Source of the DNA: a virus | Taxonomy: Duplodnaviria > Caudoviricetes | Direction: 5' to 3' (one strand) | IMG/VR virus record: IMGVR_UViG_3300017914_001634 | Location: 1 to 26,025 of that record | DNA length: 26,025 nt | Part shown: in pieces, positions 24,811-26,025 of the stretch | Position numbering within the stretch: position 1 is the first letter of the stretch | Layout: each line of letters starts with the position of its first letter | Notes under the pieces: generated by a model | Seen by the model: the letters and a program-made list of their open reading frames with translations, nothing else | Told to the model about the DNA's origin: nothing | Databases searched by the model: none | Program-made: the position numbers and the translations under genes

Positions 24811-25794
24811 ATGAATAAAATTGCCGCTTTTGTAGCAGCACTAATGATCACGGGTCCAGCAGTGGCTCGTGATCAAATCCATGTCGCTGGATCATCTACC
24901 GTATTACCATATGCTTCAATCGTAGCAGAAGCATTTGGTGAGAACTTTGATTATCCAACACCAATCGTCGAAGGTGGCGGTTCAGGCGCAGGTCGTAAGC
25001 GTATGTGTGAAGGTGTTGGCCTAAACACAATCGATATTGCAAACTCATCATCATTAATGAAAGATGCGCAGTGGGAAACATGCCAAGCAACAGTTGGTAA
25101 AGTAAGTGAAGTTCGCATTGGTTATGACGGAATCGTATTTGCATCTCGCAACGAAACAAAAGGTTTTGAAGACCTAACACCGATGCATGTTTACCTTGCT
25201 CTACATGCATCGTCAAAAGCAAAGAATTGGAAAGATGTAGATCCATCATTCCCGGATCGTCCAATTAAAGCATTCATCCCAGGCACAAAGCATGGTACAC
25301 GTGAAGTATTTGAAAAGAAAGTAATGTTGGCAGGTTGTAAATCAGCTGGTTCATATGACTATTTCTTTAATAACGTAACTGGTGGTGATAAGAAGAAAAC
25401 GGAAAAAGAATGCTTCAAAGTGCGTACCGATGGTGTGTCAGTCGATATCGACGGGGATTACACCGAGACTCTAGCAAGCCTAGAGGCGAACAAAGAAGGA
25501 ATTGGTGTTTTCGGACTATCATTCTTGCTGAACAACACGGATACTATTTACGCTGCAAGAATGAATGGTGTGACGCCATCGACCGAGACGATTGCCTCAG
25601 GCGTTTATCCAGTTTCACGTCCACTTCAATTCTACGTTAAACATGCTCACCTAGATCAAGTAGCGGGGTTAAAAGAGTACATTGAATTCTTTGTATCAGA
25701 CGAAATTGCGGGACCAGATGGCCCGTTGGCAGAATACGGATTGGTTTCTGATCCTGAGCTTGCAGCCACACAAGCTATGGTCGCTGAATTTTAA
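24811..25794 (+). CDS. pstS: Phosphate ABC transporter substrate-binding protein PstS (copy 2, Rhodobacterales-like)
   Basis: AGSSTVLPYASIVAEAFGENF, IPGTKHGTREVF, DIDGDYTETL and YPVSRPL.FY motifs. Confidence 0.92.
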   Translation: MNKIAAFVAALMITGPAVARDQIHVAGSSTVLPYASIVAEAFGENFDYPTPIVEGGGSGAGRKRMCEGVGLNTIDIANSSSLMKDAQWETCQATVGKVSEVRIGYDGIVFASRNETKGFEDLTPMHVYLALHASSKAKNWKDVDPSFPDRPIKAFIPGTKHGTREVFEKKVMLAGCKSAGSYDYFFNNVTGGDKKKTEKECFKVRTDGVSVDIDGDYTETLASLEANKEGIGVFGLSFLLNNTDTIYAARMNGVTPSTETIASGVYPVSRPLQFYVKHAHLDQVAGLKEYIEFFVSDEIAGPDGPLAEYGLVSDPELAATQAMVAEF

Positions 25795-25808
25795 GTGGTT
25801 ATATTGAC

Positions 25809-25826
25809 TGTAACTTTTTTGCAACA
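25809..25826. promoter_or_regulatory. Third TGT-N12-ACA site
   Basis: TGTAAC-TTTTTT-GCAACA upstream of the tmRNA promoter. Confidence 0.5.
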
Positions 25827-25840
25827 ATGAAAAAAACTTG

Positions 25841-25870
25841 GGCGGAAGTGGTTGACATTTCCGCCTTTGT
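25841..25870 (+). terminator. Intrinsic terminator after pstS2, overlapping the TTGACA -35 box of the downstream promoter
   Basis: GGCGGAAGTG-GTTGA-CATTTCCGCC 10-bp stem followed by TTTGT. Confidence 0.65.
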
Positions 25871-25883
25871 GTATTATATATAG

Positions 25884-25940
25884 ATTGTAGGCGTTAAAAC
25901 GTTTATATGGACTCCGGGGCGGTACCGGACGCCTCCACCA
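25884..25940 (+). ncRNA. ssrA: Acceptor piece of a permuted (two-piece, alphaproteobacterial-type) tmRNA; 5' end approximate, coding piece expected beyond the window
   Basis: GGAC-TCCGG-GGCGGTA-CCGGA-CGCCTCC-A-CCA: T-arm with the alpha-type loop and an Ala acceptor 3' strand, lying directly after a promoter with no upstream 5' acceptor strand. Confidence 0.8.
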
Positions 25941-26025
25941 TAAACACACTGGCTGGAAGTCAATATCAATAATAGTAGCACAGTCGACGGTGCAACCATT
26001 GATGATACTGAAACAAGGCTATCTA

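Noticed and set aside
25909-25940. Ordinary tRNA gene ending in CCA
   Set aside because: No D-arm, anticodon arm or 5' acceptor strand upstream, and the T-loop is not TTCGA. It fits a permuted tmRNA better.
25995-26020. Hammerhead-like TGATGA...GAAAC
   Set aside because: The core starts TTGATGA rather than CTGATGA, there is no stem II, and no matching stem III partner lies within the window.

Overview
A gene-dense, AT-rich, almost entirely + strand fragment of a large T4-like (myovirus-type) bacteriophage genome, probably marine. An alphaproteobacterial host is inferred from the permuted-type tmRNA acceptor piece with a GGCGGTA T-loop and from two alphaproteobacterial-style PstS genes. From left to right: (i) ~1-5.3 kb, a cytidylyltransferase-like gene, small highly charged conserved phage proteins (several with T4 capsid-targeting-like N-termini) and holin-like membrane proteins; (ii) 5.3-8.0 kb, two tandem radical SAM enzymes; (iii) 8.3-14.7 kb, a class II (B12-dependent) ribonucleotide reductase, small Cys-rich proteins, a GIY-YIG-like nuclease, a DenV-like glycosylase, PhoH and a PD-(D/E)xK exonuclease; (iv) 14.8-22.7 kb, a gap-free operon behind a sigma70-type early promoter, with a HAD nucleotidase followed by a 9-gene glycan-modification cassette (glycosyltransferases, methyltransferase, pyruvyltransferase); (v) a lone - strand outer-membrane beta-barrel-like gene, a HEXXH peptidase, tandem pstS genes with a Pho-box-like repeat, and the start of a two-piece tmRNA gene. 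Regulatory signals include four GTTTACA-N17-TATAAT-type promoters, TAAATA late-promoter-like boxes, three TGT-N12-ACA palindromes and RNA hairpins overlapping promoters. All family assignments come from motif recognition by eye; no database searches were run.
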